Source of the DNA: Promethearchaeota archaeon Loki_b32
GTDB taxonomy: Archaea; Asgardarchaeota; Lokiarchaeia; Sigyniarchaeales; SOKP01
Length of the DNA: 64,000 nucleotides
NCBI GenBank assembly: GCA_005223125.1
Contig: NJBH01000005.1
Coordinates: 1-64,000, forward strand
Reading direction: 5' to 3'
A program made the position numbers and the translations under genes. Numbering within the stretch: the first letter of the stretch is position 1; each line of letters opens with the position of its first letter. Below are positions 20,531 to 29,216 of the stretch, in pieces. Below the pieces are notes generated by a model that saw only the letters and a program-made list of their open reading frames with translations, was not told the origin of the DNA and did no database searches.

Positions 20531-20701
20531 TTGAAAATATACTTTCAAAATAGAAAGTATTATAATTTTATACATCACTATTACGTATATAGTTTAGATT
20601 GATGAAGTCTAGATGGAGTCTTGGATCAACAATGGAGCATAAAGTATAAATAGATTTTCACCCATTATTCAATTAAGAGTATTGAACTAGGAGTATTAAT
20701 T

Positions 20702-22624
20702 GTGGTTACTACATGTAATTATCCCCCTGAAGAGATAATAAAACCTATTTTTGAAAGGCCTAACTACGAATTTATTATCCTATGGATTTTAAATAATAAT
20801 GAAGTATGCACTTGGGCAAACTTGAAAGTAAAAATTAAACATTCAACATTATCAATCTATTTAAGCCGACTTAAAGATAAAGAATATATTGAAAAAAGTT
20901 CATTTAATCATTATATTATCACCTCTAAAGGTAAGGACAGATATTATGAACTGTCTTTAGCGAGTAAAAAAAAGCGAAAATTAAGTTATCCTCCTAAAGC
21001 TATACGTAGAAGGAGGAATTATGATCACTGGATTCTTTGGATGGTGTATAATAATAATTATTGCAAATGGTCCGATTTTCTTGAACCACCTCTTTCAATC
21101 AATCAATCTTCTTTATCTAAAAACCTAAATTCATTACAAGATAAAGAATTTGTAAGAAAAGAAGAAAAAGAATATAGAATTACTCGATTAGGAAAAACTG
21201 AATATTCAAATATGCTAAGACTATATGATTTAGACAGACAATCAATCTTAGAGGAAGAAGGTAAACGGATTAAAGAAATTACTAAAAGAACAATTAGCTT
21301 CTTTGAAAAATACAAAATAAAAGATAATGATATTAAATTTCGATTTTTAAATAATAAGTTAAAGCTTCCATATGAAAAAGTTAAATCTACTTTAGATAAT
21401 GAAGAAGAATATGATAAAATTTTACTTTACCTCTCCATAAATCATCCTAATCATTTTCCTAAGTATATATCCCCCGAAGAATGTTCTAAAAAGTACAACA
21501 TCAATTTGGTTAAACTTAATTTTATTATTCTTCGAATCGTAGAAGAAAATATCTTTCCAATAAAATTTTTTAAATTAGAATCTGCTGATGGAAAAATTTT
21601 TTATTTTCAAGTGAATGAAAAATTAGAAAGAATGCTAAATGCTATTGTTGAGGATCACATTACAAAATTTTCATATTTGAACAATTTATATGAAGAAACA
21701 CCTGGGGAAACATCGCCATTAACAATGGAAAGCACAGTTACAGCAATCTTGGATGAGATTTGCGATAACCTTTTCAATAATGGTTTAAAGGAATCATTAA
21801 GTGATTTTCTTCCAGTATATATTAATTACTTAGCTTATAAAATCGAAAGGGAGAGAAAATTATTAGATACTTATGATAAATTAGAGGGATTAATTTGGCA
21901 AGAGATTCAAATAAAATTTTTTGATTTAGTTGAAGTTGAATATCCAACTGAAACAAAAGAAGCAAACAAAGCTATTCGAGAAATTGATAAAGCTATTAAA
22001 TTGAATCCTGACAAGCTTGATTTATACTATTCAAAAAGCAAAATTCTAATTGATCTAGGAGAATACAAAGATGTTTTATCGATTTTAGATAAAATGCTTA
22101 TAGATTTCCCTCAAGAAGAGAAAAATATCCAAATAAAAAAAGCATATGTTCAAAAAGAAATGAAAAATATTGAAAAGGGACTAGAAATTATTGCCTCATT
22201 ACTTAAAAAATATCCTGACAACAATGATCTTCTTAATTATAAAGCTTGTTGGTTACAGTATCTTAATCGTAAAGAGGAATCTTTAGAAATTAGTCAAAAA
22301 CTTATAGAGAATGTACCTGATAATGCTACTTATCATGATACATACGGTGAAATTTTAATGTATTTTAATGAACATGAACATGCCATTGAGGAATTTCTGA
22401 AAGCAATTGAAATAAACAGCGATGATTGGTACGTATACCAAACTTATATAAAATTAGGGATTTGTTATAAGGAACTAGAAAATTATGACTTGGCAACTGA
22501 ATATCTTCAAAAAGGAATAGAATCTACAGAAGAGTCATCAGGGGATAACGAGACAAAAAATAAATGGATTGCAATTGCTAATCTATTCGTTGCAGAGATA
22601 GAGCAACTAGAAATAGAATTATGA
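20702..22624 (+). CDS. Tandem winged-HTH plus C-terminal TPR protein (putative regulator)
   Basis: Two internal repeats YPP...ILW...NN..C.W....S.LS..L..L....I.K......IT..GK and a C-terminal TPR array. Paralog of 29217. Confidence 0.85.
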   Translation: MVTTCNYPPEEIIKPIFERPNYEFIILWILNNNEVCTWANLKVKIKHSTLSIYLSRLKDKEYIEKSSFNHYIITSKGKDRYYELSLASKKKRKLSYPPKAIRRRRNYDHWILWMVYNNNYCKWSDFLEPPLSINQSSLSKNLNSLQDKEFVRKEEKEYRITRLGKTEYSNMLRLYDLDRQSILEEEGKRIKEITKRTISFFEKYKIKDNDIKFRFLNNKLKLPYEKVKSTLDNEEEYDKILLYLSINHPNHFPKYISPEECSKKYNINLVKLNFIILRIVEENIFPIKFFKLESADGKIFYFQVNEKLERMLNAIVEDHITKFSYLNNLYEETPGETSPLTMESTVTAILDEICDNLFNNGLKESLSDFLPVYINYLAYKIERERKLLDTYDKLEGLIWQEIQIKFFDLVEVEYPTETKEANKAIREIDKAIKLNPDKLDLYYSKSKILIDLGEYKDVLSILDKMLIDFPQEEKNIQIKKAYVQKEMKNIEKGLEIIASLLKKYPDNNDLLNYKACWLQYLNRKEESLEISQKLIENVPDNATYHDTYGEILMYFNEHEHAIEEFLKAIEINSDDWYVYQTYIKLGICYKELENYDLATEYLQKGIESTEESSGDNETKNKWIAIANLFVAEIEQLEIEL

Positions 22625-22646
22625 AATATAAAAAAAAGAAAAAATG

Positions 22647-24437
22647 TTAATTATCTTCAACTAATTTTTCTAATTCATCAATTTTATCGGAGAGATATTG
22701 AATTCCCTTTTCCCAGAAGGAAGGGTCATTTAAATTAATACCAATTTCAGCCAGCAATTCTTCGGGAGAAAGTGAACTCCCTAGAGATAGTAATTTTAGA
22801 TACTTAGGAACGAATTCCTCTTTCTGTTCAAGATACATTTGGTAGATTGAAATCACCAAAAGGTTTGACATGTTATATGCATAAACGTAGAATGGAACAT
22901 TTATAAAATGTGGAACTACAAAAATATAATTAGCATATTCTTCTCTTAAGTTAGTCATAGAATTCCCAAACATTAATTCCATTTCTTTTATAAAAGCATC
23001 TTTAATTTCTTCTGTTGTTGGTAATTTTTCTTCCATCAATCCATGAATAGCTTTTTCAAATCTATAAAAGGCATTTTGTCTATGTGAAGTTCCAAACTTA
23101 GATTCAATAAAATTACTAAGTAATGAAATCTTTTCATCCTTTGACAAATCAGTATTCATCAAATAATCAGAGATTAAGATTTCATTGAATACTGATGCAA
23201 TTTCAGCAACCACTAGGGAGGTTTCTATATTTACAAAGTTTTGATTTCTTTGAATATAATAGGCATGGAATGCATGACCAAGTTCATGAGCTAAAGCTCT
23301 TACTGAATCAATGGTATCTACAAAATTAACAAAAACGAAGCCATAATGTTTTTGTTTTCCATGTGCACAAAAAGCACCTCTATTTTTTCCTTTTCTTGGA
23401 GTTGCATCGATATGATTAAATTCAACCATTTTCTCTATAATGTCTTTAAACTCAGGAGAAAATTTTTCATCAGATTCCTTTATTAATTCTAAAGCTTCTT
23501 GGTAGGAATATTTTCTTGTTATTTGCCCAACTGGTGCGTACATATCTGACATATGTAATTCTGTAAGGTTTAGGAGCTTTTTCTTTAAATTATAATATTT
23601 TTCAACTAAATGATAACTTTCTGTAGTAACCTTTCCACATATCTCAACACTCTCATCACTTACTTCATTTTCAAGATTTCTTCTTGATATCGGTTTTTTG
23701 AAATTTCTTTTGGAGCATTCTAGATCCCAATCTCTTAGGATATTATTGTAAATATGGGTGAAAATCATCTCATTTTTCTTGTATTCTGCCATCATTGTTT
23801 GTAGCGCTTTGTAGCGAAGGTCTCTATTCTCCTGATACATATAAGCAAAAAGTTCTGCTTCAGTTAATTTCTTCATTTCGCCATCTACTTCAAAATCATA
23901 AGTGAAATTGCTTTTGTATTCACTATAGAGTTTGATAAAGCCCTTTACACCAGTCATATCCTTCATTAAGATAATCTGTTCTTCCTTTTCTGAAAGTTGA
24001 TTTAATTTTTTCTTCCTATTGAATTTAAGAGCATGAGTATAGTGTTCTAATTCCGAAGCTTTTATTAATTCTTCAAATTTATTATCAGAGATTTTGTTTA
24101 ACTCCAAATTAAAGAATAAAAGCTTTTGTTGAATTTTTACTTTAAACTCCTCAATTTTTGAAAAGAATGCTTTTACATCATCATCAAGATTATTTGTTCT
24201 TAATAATAATTCTGCAAACGATTCAAAGTAGAATGTTTTTTCAGACACTTTTTCATACTCTTTAAACCATTCTAGAAGTTGTTTGGGTGTGAGGGAAGGA
24301 TCCTCTAACTTACCCTTAACATTTTGATAAAATTCTTCTGCTAATTTTTCTATATCCTTGATATCTGTTTCAATTAATGGATCATTGATATCTATATAGA
24401 AATCCCTTAAGTCCCATTTAATGATTTCTTGCATCAT
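22647..24437 (-). CDS. pepF: Oligoendopeptidase F (M3B)
   Basis: N-terminal WDL, GKNRGAF, zinc motif HELGH, AEIASVFNE, PHF..PFYVYAY. Confidence 0.93.
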   Translation of the reverse strand: MMQEIIKWDLRDFYIDINDPLIETDIKDIEKLAEEFYQNVKGKLEDPSLTPKQLLEWFKEYEKVSEKTFYFESFAELLLRTNNLDDDVKAFFSKIEEFKVKIQQKLLFFNLELNKISDNKFEELIKASELEHYTHALKFNRKKKLNQLSEKEEQIILMKDMTGVKGFIKLYSEYKSNFTYDFEVDGEMKKLTEAELFAYMYQENRDLRYKALQTMMAEYKKNEMIFTHIYNNILRDWDLECSKRNFKKPISRRNLENEVSDESVEICGKVTTESYHLVEKYYNLKKKLLNLTELHMSDMYAPVGQITRKYSYQEALELIKESDEKFSPEFKDIIEKMVEFNHIDATPRKGKNRGAFCAHGKQKHYGFVFVNFVDTIDSVRALAHELGHAFHAYYIQRNQNFVNIETSLVVAEIASVFNEILISDYLMNTDLSKDEKISLLSNFIESKFGTSHRQNAFYRFEKAIHGLMEEKLPTTEEIKDAFIKEMELMFGNSMTNLREEYANYIFVVPHFINVPFYVYAYNMSNLLVISIYQMYLEQKEEFVPKYLKLLSLGSSLSPEELLAEIGINLNDPSFWEKGIQYLSDKIDELEKLVEDN

Positions 24438-24472
24438 AATGCAGAAAGTAAAGTACTATTATTTGAAGTTTA

Positions 24473-24688
24473 CTAGGATTTATCATTGAATTTGAAATTT
24501 TTAGTCTTCAAGCATTTTTTGTTATTAATCTTAAATACAAATTGAAGAAGTTCATTGGAAAGTAATTTTTGAGGAGAAAGATCGTCTCTTTTTTCTAATT
24601 CCAAAACGATTTGGAAGGCTTCCTTAATTCTGCCTTCTTCCATGAGTTGTCTTGCTTGAATCAATTCTTTAATTTCAGAATGAGACAT
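24473..24688 (-). pseudogene. N-terminal fragment of a TPR-longin family paralog
   Basis: MSHSEIKELIQARQLMEEGRIKEAFQIV matches the N-termini of the 25442 (MSHSELNQITRAEELF) and 13938 (MSDSILKELTYAEQIM) proteins, then ends at 71 aa. Confidence 0.75.
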
Positions 24689-24768
24689 CTAATCAGAAAA
24701 CTTGTTAAACTAGACTATTTTGGATATATTTACTATTATAAGCTAATTTAAGTTTTAAATATAATGTC

Positions 24769-25323
24769 CTATAATTCTGAAGATAATGCTTTATATTTAT
24801 AATATAATTTTTCAATAATTGCATTAAATGCTTCTATTACTCCCTGTCCACTTTTTGCGGAAGTAATATAGTATCCGAGAAAATTATATTCTTTGACATA
24901 TTTTTGAATTTCAAGTTCATTTAAATTATTTTCTTTCACCAAATCAACTTTATTGGCAAACAAAACTACAGGAATATCGCCACAATACTTTTTTAATTCA
25001 TTATACCAATTTTTTATATGTAATAAGCTGTCTTTTCCTAAATCATTTGCTTCAAGGCTACATACAATAATGCACGCTCTACTTTCTTTATAAAATAAAG
25101 GATGTAGAAAATTAAAATCATCTTGACCTGCAATATCCCAAAATATTAAATTAATTACATCCCCATTAATTTCTTTATCATATCTTGAGAATTGGGCACC
25201 TATCGTCTTAACATAATCTTTTTCAAAAGTTCCTATCGTAAATTTTTTTATTAAAGATGTTTTGCCGACCCCTCCATCTCCTATTACGGATATCTTAAAT
25301 CCAAATTCCTTAGAATTAGTCAT
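24769..25323 (-). CDS. Rab-like small GTPase (close paralog of 19710)
   Basis: GDGGVGKT, TIGAQF, WDIAGQ, NKVD, TSAK, and the same SLExNxLG insertion and KYKxLSxEL terminus. Confidence 0.95.
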   Translation of the reverse strand: MTNSKEFGFKISVIGDGGVGKTSLIKKFTIGTFEKDYVKTIGAQFSRYDKEINGDVINLIFWDIAGQDDFNFLHPLFYKESRACIIVCSLEANDLGKDSLLHIKNWYNELKKYCGDIPVVLFANKVDLVKENNLNELEIQKYVKEYNFLGYYITSAKSGQGVIEAFNAIIEKLYYKYKALSSEL

Positions 25324-25441
25324 TAAATCATTAAGTGTTTCTCAAATTATATCATATTTTTAATGTAAAATTAGATATTGTTTAATATAAAATTTTAGCT
25401 AAATGAATTTTGGAAATAATAAAGGTTCTTTGATTTAGAAG

Positions 25442-27397
25442 TCATAATTCACTAAATACCATACTCTTAGTGATAAAAATTTCTGTTATTAAGGATTCAA
25501 GTAAGGGGATATCTTTTAATTTAATAGACTGGCTTACTTGAAAAGATTTAAGTAAATTTTGCCAAATATCCTCTTCTTTTTGGATGTGTTCCATAAAATA
25601 ATTTATCTTCTGGTGAGCATAATAAGAATCACCTTTAAATATGTAAGAAATAAAAAAAGGTGGAATAGATTTCATAAGAAGAGTATATTCACCAAAGGTT
25701 GCTCGGTCTAGTCCTTCAGAGAACATTTCCCTAATAAAATAATCAATAGTGGTTAAAAAACCGCCAAAAAGATGTGATTCAAGAGATTTTTCCTTTACAA
25801 AAGAGTGGGAGAATAAAGCTGAACCTCCTTCAGTTATTATAAAAATTGAGAAAGGTTCCTCATCTGAAAACTCTGGAGTTTCAATCATTCGTTTTTTTAC
25901 TATATTCTCCATTTGCTCGTTCAAACCAGCAAGCTTCCAACGTTCAGATAAAGGTGCTTCTGATTCTTTTAACTTCTCCCACATAGTTATTTGTCTAAGT
26001 AGTTCATCATGTTCATGTGAAATTTTCATTGCTAATCGTTTAATTCCGTATTTTTCAGCTATCTTTTGGGCTTGAGTTAAAAATCGTCTGGCTGCTTTCA
26101 TATCAAAATTTATTAAAGCTAATTTCGCCTGTAATATGAAAATTCTACAAAAATGAATATATGAATGTGTTTTTTCAGCTATAGTTAATAATTTAGCAAT
26201 ATAGTGATTTAATTCATCAAGTACTTCATTACTATTAGTAAAACGATACTCTGAAAGAAGCAATTCACAAAGATGAACAGTTGCTTGTATTGCAAATTGA
26301 CCCCATATAGTTTCTGTGTCTATTATTTTTTTGAATATTTTTTCAGCTTTTGCTTTATCGCGAATTCGCGAACTCCTTTTTAGCATTAAAGCTGTACATA
26401 ATTTGTAGAGTAAAACAATTGTTCCATCTTTTTTTTGATTATACAAATTTTCTAGTCGATTGTAATATTTCTGAGCAAGTTCATTATCACCTATTTCAAG
26501 AGCCACTTCAACTAAATTAGAAAGAGGAAAATCTAATGCCAAAGATAGCTTTTCATGGTATAATAAGCATTCTTCGAAATATTCCAAAGCAAGGTTGAAA
26601 TTACTAAGTTGATAATAGTTTCCACCTATATTATTAAGTACCAATGCAAAAAAATAATTGTTTTTGATTGCTCTAAATATCGCCAAACTTTTCATGTTAT
26701 ATTTCAAGCCAATATCTATCTCGCCTAGAGTTGAATGTAACACCCCTAAATACAATTGACCGAAAGCAATCCAGAAATGATTAAATTTAATTTGTTTTGC
26801 TATCGATAATGCTTTCTTGGCATACTCCCCACCAAGTTCATAGTAACTTTTTCCTTGATACATAAGTCGTGCCTTTAAAAAAGTAGCCCAAACAATTTCA
26901 AATGTATTACCAAGCTTATTGTGTGAATCTAAGACCCAATTTAAACAATTTTCTGCTAAATCTTGATTATTTAACTCCAGATTAATCCATCCTTTTAAAA
27001 CTCTTAGACGAATTTTTCTCTGAAAAAAAACACTTTTAGATATATCAGAAATAAGTCCTAATAACACTTCAGCAATTTCAATTTTTTGATAAGCTTCCTT
27101 AAATTTATCACTTAGACCTAATCCGATGATAATAAAAAATAACCCATCAAACGATTGAAGATTATCATTAAGATCTTGACCTTCTTTAAATAATTGTTCA
27201 CCAAACTCAATAAGTTCATCGCATTTGTTCTGGTGCATTAGAATTAAGCCCTTAAGAAGCTGAAAATAAACTTTTTGCTGAGAATTAAGCCCTTCAAATT
27301 GTACTCTATCGTTTAATATCTCAAGAGCCTCATCAAGTTTACCCGCATCAAAAAGTTCTTCCGCTCTTGTTATTTGATTTAGCTCTGAATGAGACAT
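25442..27397 (-). CDS. TPR-repeat protein with C-terminal longin-like domain
   Basis: Paralog of 13938. Start refined to MSHSE (ATG 27397) by paralog alignment. Confidence 0.85.
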   Translation of the reverse strand: MSHSELNQITRAEELFDAGKLDEALEILNDRVQFEGLNSQQKVYFQLLKGLILMHQNKCDELIEFGEQLFKEGQDLNDNLQSFDGLFFIIIGLGLSDKFKEAYQKIEIAEVLLGLISDISKSVFFQRKIRLRVLKGWINLELNNQDLAENCLNWVLDSHNKLGNTFEIVWATFLKARLMYQGKSYYELGGEYAKKALSIAKQIKFNHFWIAFGQLYLGVLHSTLGEIDIGLKYNMKSLAIFRAIKNNYFFALVLNNIGGNYYQLSNFNLALEYFEECLLYHEKLSLALDFPLSNLVEVALEIGDNELAQKYYNRLENLYNQKKDGTIVLLYKLCTALMLKRSSRIRDKAKAEKIFKKIIDTETIWGQFAIQATVHLCELLLSEYRFTNSNEVLDELNHYIAKLLTIAEKTHSYIHFCRIFILQAKLALINFDMKAARRFLTQAQKIAEKYGIKRLAMKISHEHDELLRQITMWEKLKESEAPLSERWKLAGLNEQMENIVKKRMIETPEFSDEEPFSIFIITEGGSALFSHSFVKEKSLESHLFGGFLTTIDYFIREMFSEGLDRATFGEYTLLMKSIPPFFISYIFKGDSYYAHQKINYFMEHIQKEEDIWQNLLKSFQVSQSIKLKDIPLLESLITEIFITKSMVFSEL

Positions 27398-27574
27398 AAT
27401 TTTAATTAATTTGGATGCAACCTTATGAATAAATAAGCTAATTATAATTTTAAATCTAGCGTTTAAGACCATTAAAAAAAAGATTTTCCATTTCTTAATT
27501 ATTGAGTCGATGAATTAGAAAGGGACTAAAAAAGAAAAAAAAAAATTAATTAGAAATTTTTTCATTTATTGCGT

Positions 27575-27969
27575 TTAGCTTCTCTGTTTGATATAAGAGA
27601 CAATACCAAGCGATAACATTGTCCACATTAAGATTTGATCGATGATCAGTTGAGATATAGTTTGAGGGAGTAATGTTGGGCCATATATAACTGCCACTAC
27701 AAGTTCAACGAGTATTACCGGTATAAACCAACTATACAAAAACATATACGTCAATTTAATCTCTTCCCATTCCTTTTTGCGAAGCATTACAATTGCAAAA
27801 ATAGAACCGAGAAACAAAGTCCCCCAAAGGCTCTTGGATGTAATGGATTAGTCCAACCCTCAGTATTTAAGATTATATCCCATAGAAATACGAGCATGAC
27901 TCCAAAAAGAAAAGGAATAATAGCAACCACTATAAGGGAGATTTTTGTAATTTTTTTAATTTCGGTCAT
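27575..27969 (-). pseudogene. Four-TM membrane protein split by a 1-nt frameshift
   Basis: ...HPRAFGGLC continues as FLGSIFAIVMLRKK in the adjacent frame near 27813. Confidence 0.75.
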
Positions 27970-27984
27970 TTTTTTTTATTCAAC

Positions 27985-28021
27985 TCTTTTCTTTAAAAAT
28001 TTGATTTTATCATCTTTATGA
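27985..28021 (-). repeat. 37-bp upstream element, copy 1
   Basis: 35/37 identical to 29025-29061. Both copies lie just 5' of a minus-strand start codon. Confidence 0.85.
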
Positions 28022-28336
28022 AAATAGAAAAAAATGGATAGATAAAAGAGTAACAAGTTTCAGTAAGAGGGTCTTCTTCAGCAATCCATAACAAAACATG
28101 ATCTCCTGTATTATCATCAGGATAGGTTGATACAGATGACATGTGACTCCAGGACATTTATCATGGATTCGATTCGTATTATAACATTGTGAATTTTCCT
28201 TGCATTTTCAAATTATTATAGATTCCTTTATATTATAATCTAAATGATTGTAGATTAGGAACTGTTTTTTAAAAAAAAAAAAAAAGATTTTAGAATATAT
28301 TTCTTATCTGTTACGATTGATTTAGTGCTATGGGAC

Positions 28337-29023
28337 TCATATTTCTATGGATTTTGTCAAATAGGATATCGGACCAACTGGCAATACCATTGGACCGATC
28401 GGCGTTTCAACTTCCCATATAACTGCAGCAAGGGCCCATCCTCCTTCTGGCAAAATAAAGACTGGAGGATATGTTCCAGGGGGATATGTTCCAGGATCTT
28501 CTAAACAATATTCACCTGTAAAGCTTAGAAACATTAAAATCTGTGCTGATTCGTATTTACCTTCAGTATTTGGCATGGTTATTGGAAGCAAATTTCGAAA
28601 AAATACCACGATATCGCTATCAGTAGTTTTAACCAATCCCTCACCCATGACCCACCAAACGTTAATAAACCAGACATTAAAGATTGGGCAATAAAAATAA
28701 TAATCGGTCTGTAGAAGTAATCCATCTTTAAGCATTCCTTTCATCGCATACACTTTTTCACCTGATTCATCATAGATTTTTTGATGGAAAACTGCTTGCA
28801 CCGATGGGAGCTCACCGCCTCCACCGAATTCAATCTTCCCTAGGATAAAATTAGTAGCTCCAGGGAGATCTAGATCATCTCCTTTTGCCATGATTAAGAG
28901 GCGATTAGAATCAGCAGCCATCACCGGTGTAACAATTGCTATGATACCTATTAAAAATGATACCGCGATCAGTGCCTTAGTCACTTTTGATTTCTTTTTC
29001 ACTATCATATTCTTTTTTATCAC
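28337..29023 (-). CDS. Secreted/membrane-anchored hypothetical protein
   Basis: Basic N-region plus hydrophobic ALIAVSFLIGIIAIVTPVMA (signal-peptide-like), beta-rich body. The start may be ATG 29008. Confidence 0.8.
   Translation of the reverse strand: MIKKNMIVKKKSKVTKALIAVSFLIGIIAIVTPVMAADSNRLLIMAKGDDLDLPGATNFILGKIEFGGGGELPSVQAVFHQKIYDESGEKVYAMKGMLKDGLLLQTDYYFYCPIFNVWFINVWWVMGEGLVKTTDSDIVVFFRNLLPITMPNTEGKYESAQILMFLSFTGEYCLEDPGTYPPGTYPPVFILPEGGWALAAVIWEVETPIGPMVLPVGPISYLTKSIEI
28467..28495 (-). repeat. 15-bp in-frame tandem duplication (PGTYP x2)
   Basis: GGATATGTTCCAGG at 28467 and 28482. Confidence 0.85.
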
Positions 29024-29024
29024 A

Positions 29025-29061
29025 TCTTTTTTTTAAAAATTTGGTTTTATCATCTTTATGA
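29025..29061 (-). repeat. 37-bp upstream element, copy 2
   Basis: 35/37 identical to 27985-28021. Confidence 0.85.
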
Positions 29062-29216
29062 TGATTAATTAAAGGTTGAGATATAGTTACCTTTATAATT
29101 GAGCTTCCGATAGTTCCGTGATAGTTTCGATTCTTTATGGAAGTTCTATGAAATAGATATAAATAGAAAAGAAACCGATCTATAATTTAGAAAATAAAAT
29201 TTAGTTTTTTCAAATT

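Noticed and set aside
27993-28157. Short minus-strand ORF MSWSHMSSVSTYPDDNTGDHVLLWIAEEDP...
   Set aside because: No SD or recognisable motif, and it runs through the 37-bp repeat. At most a remnant.
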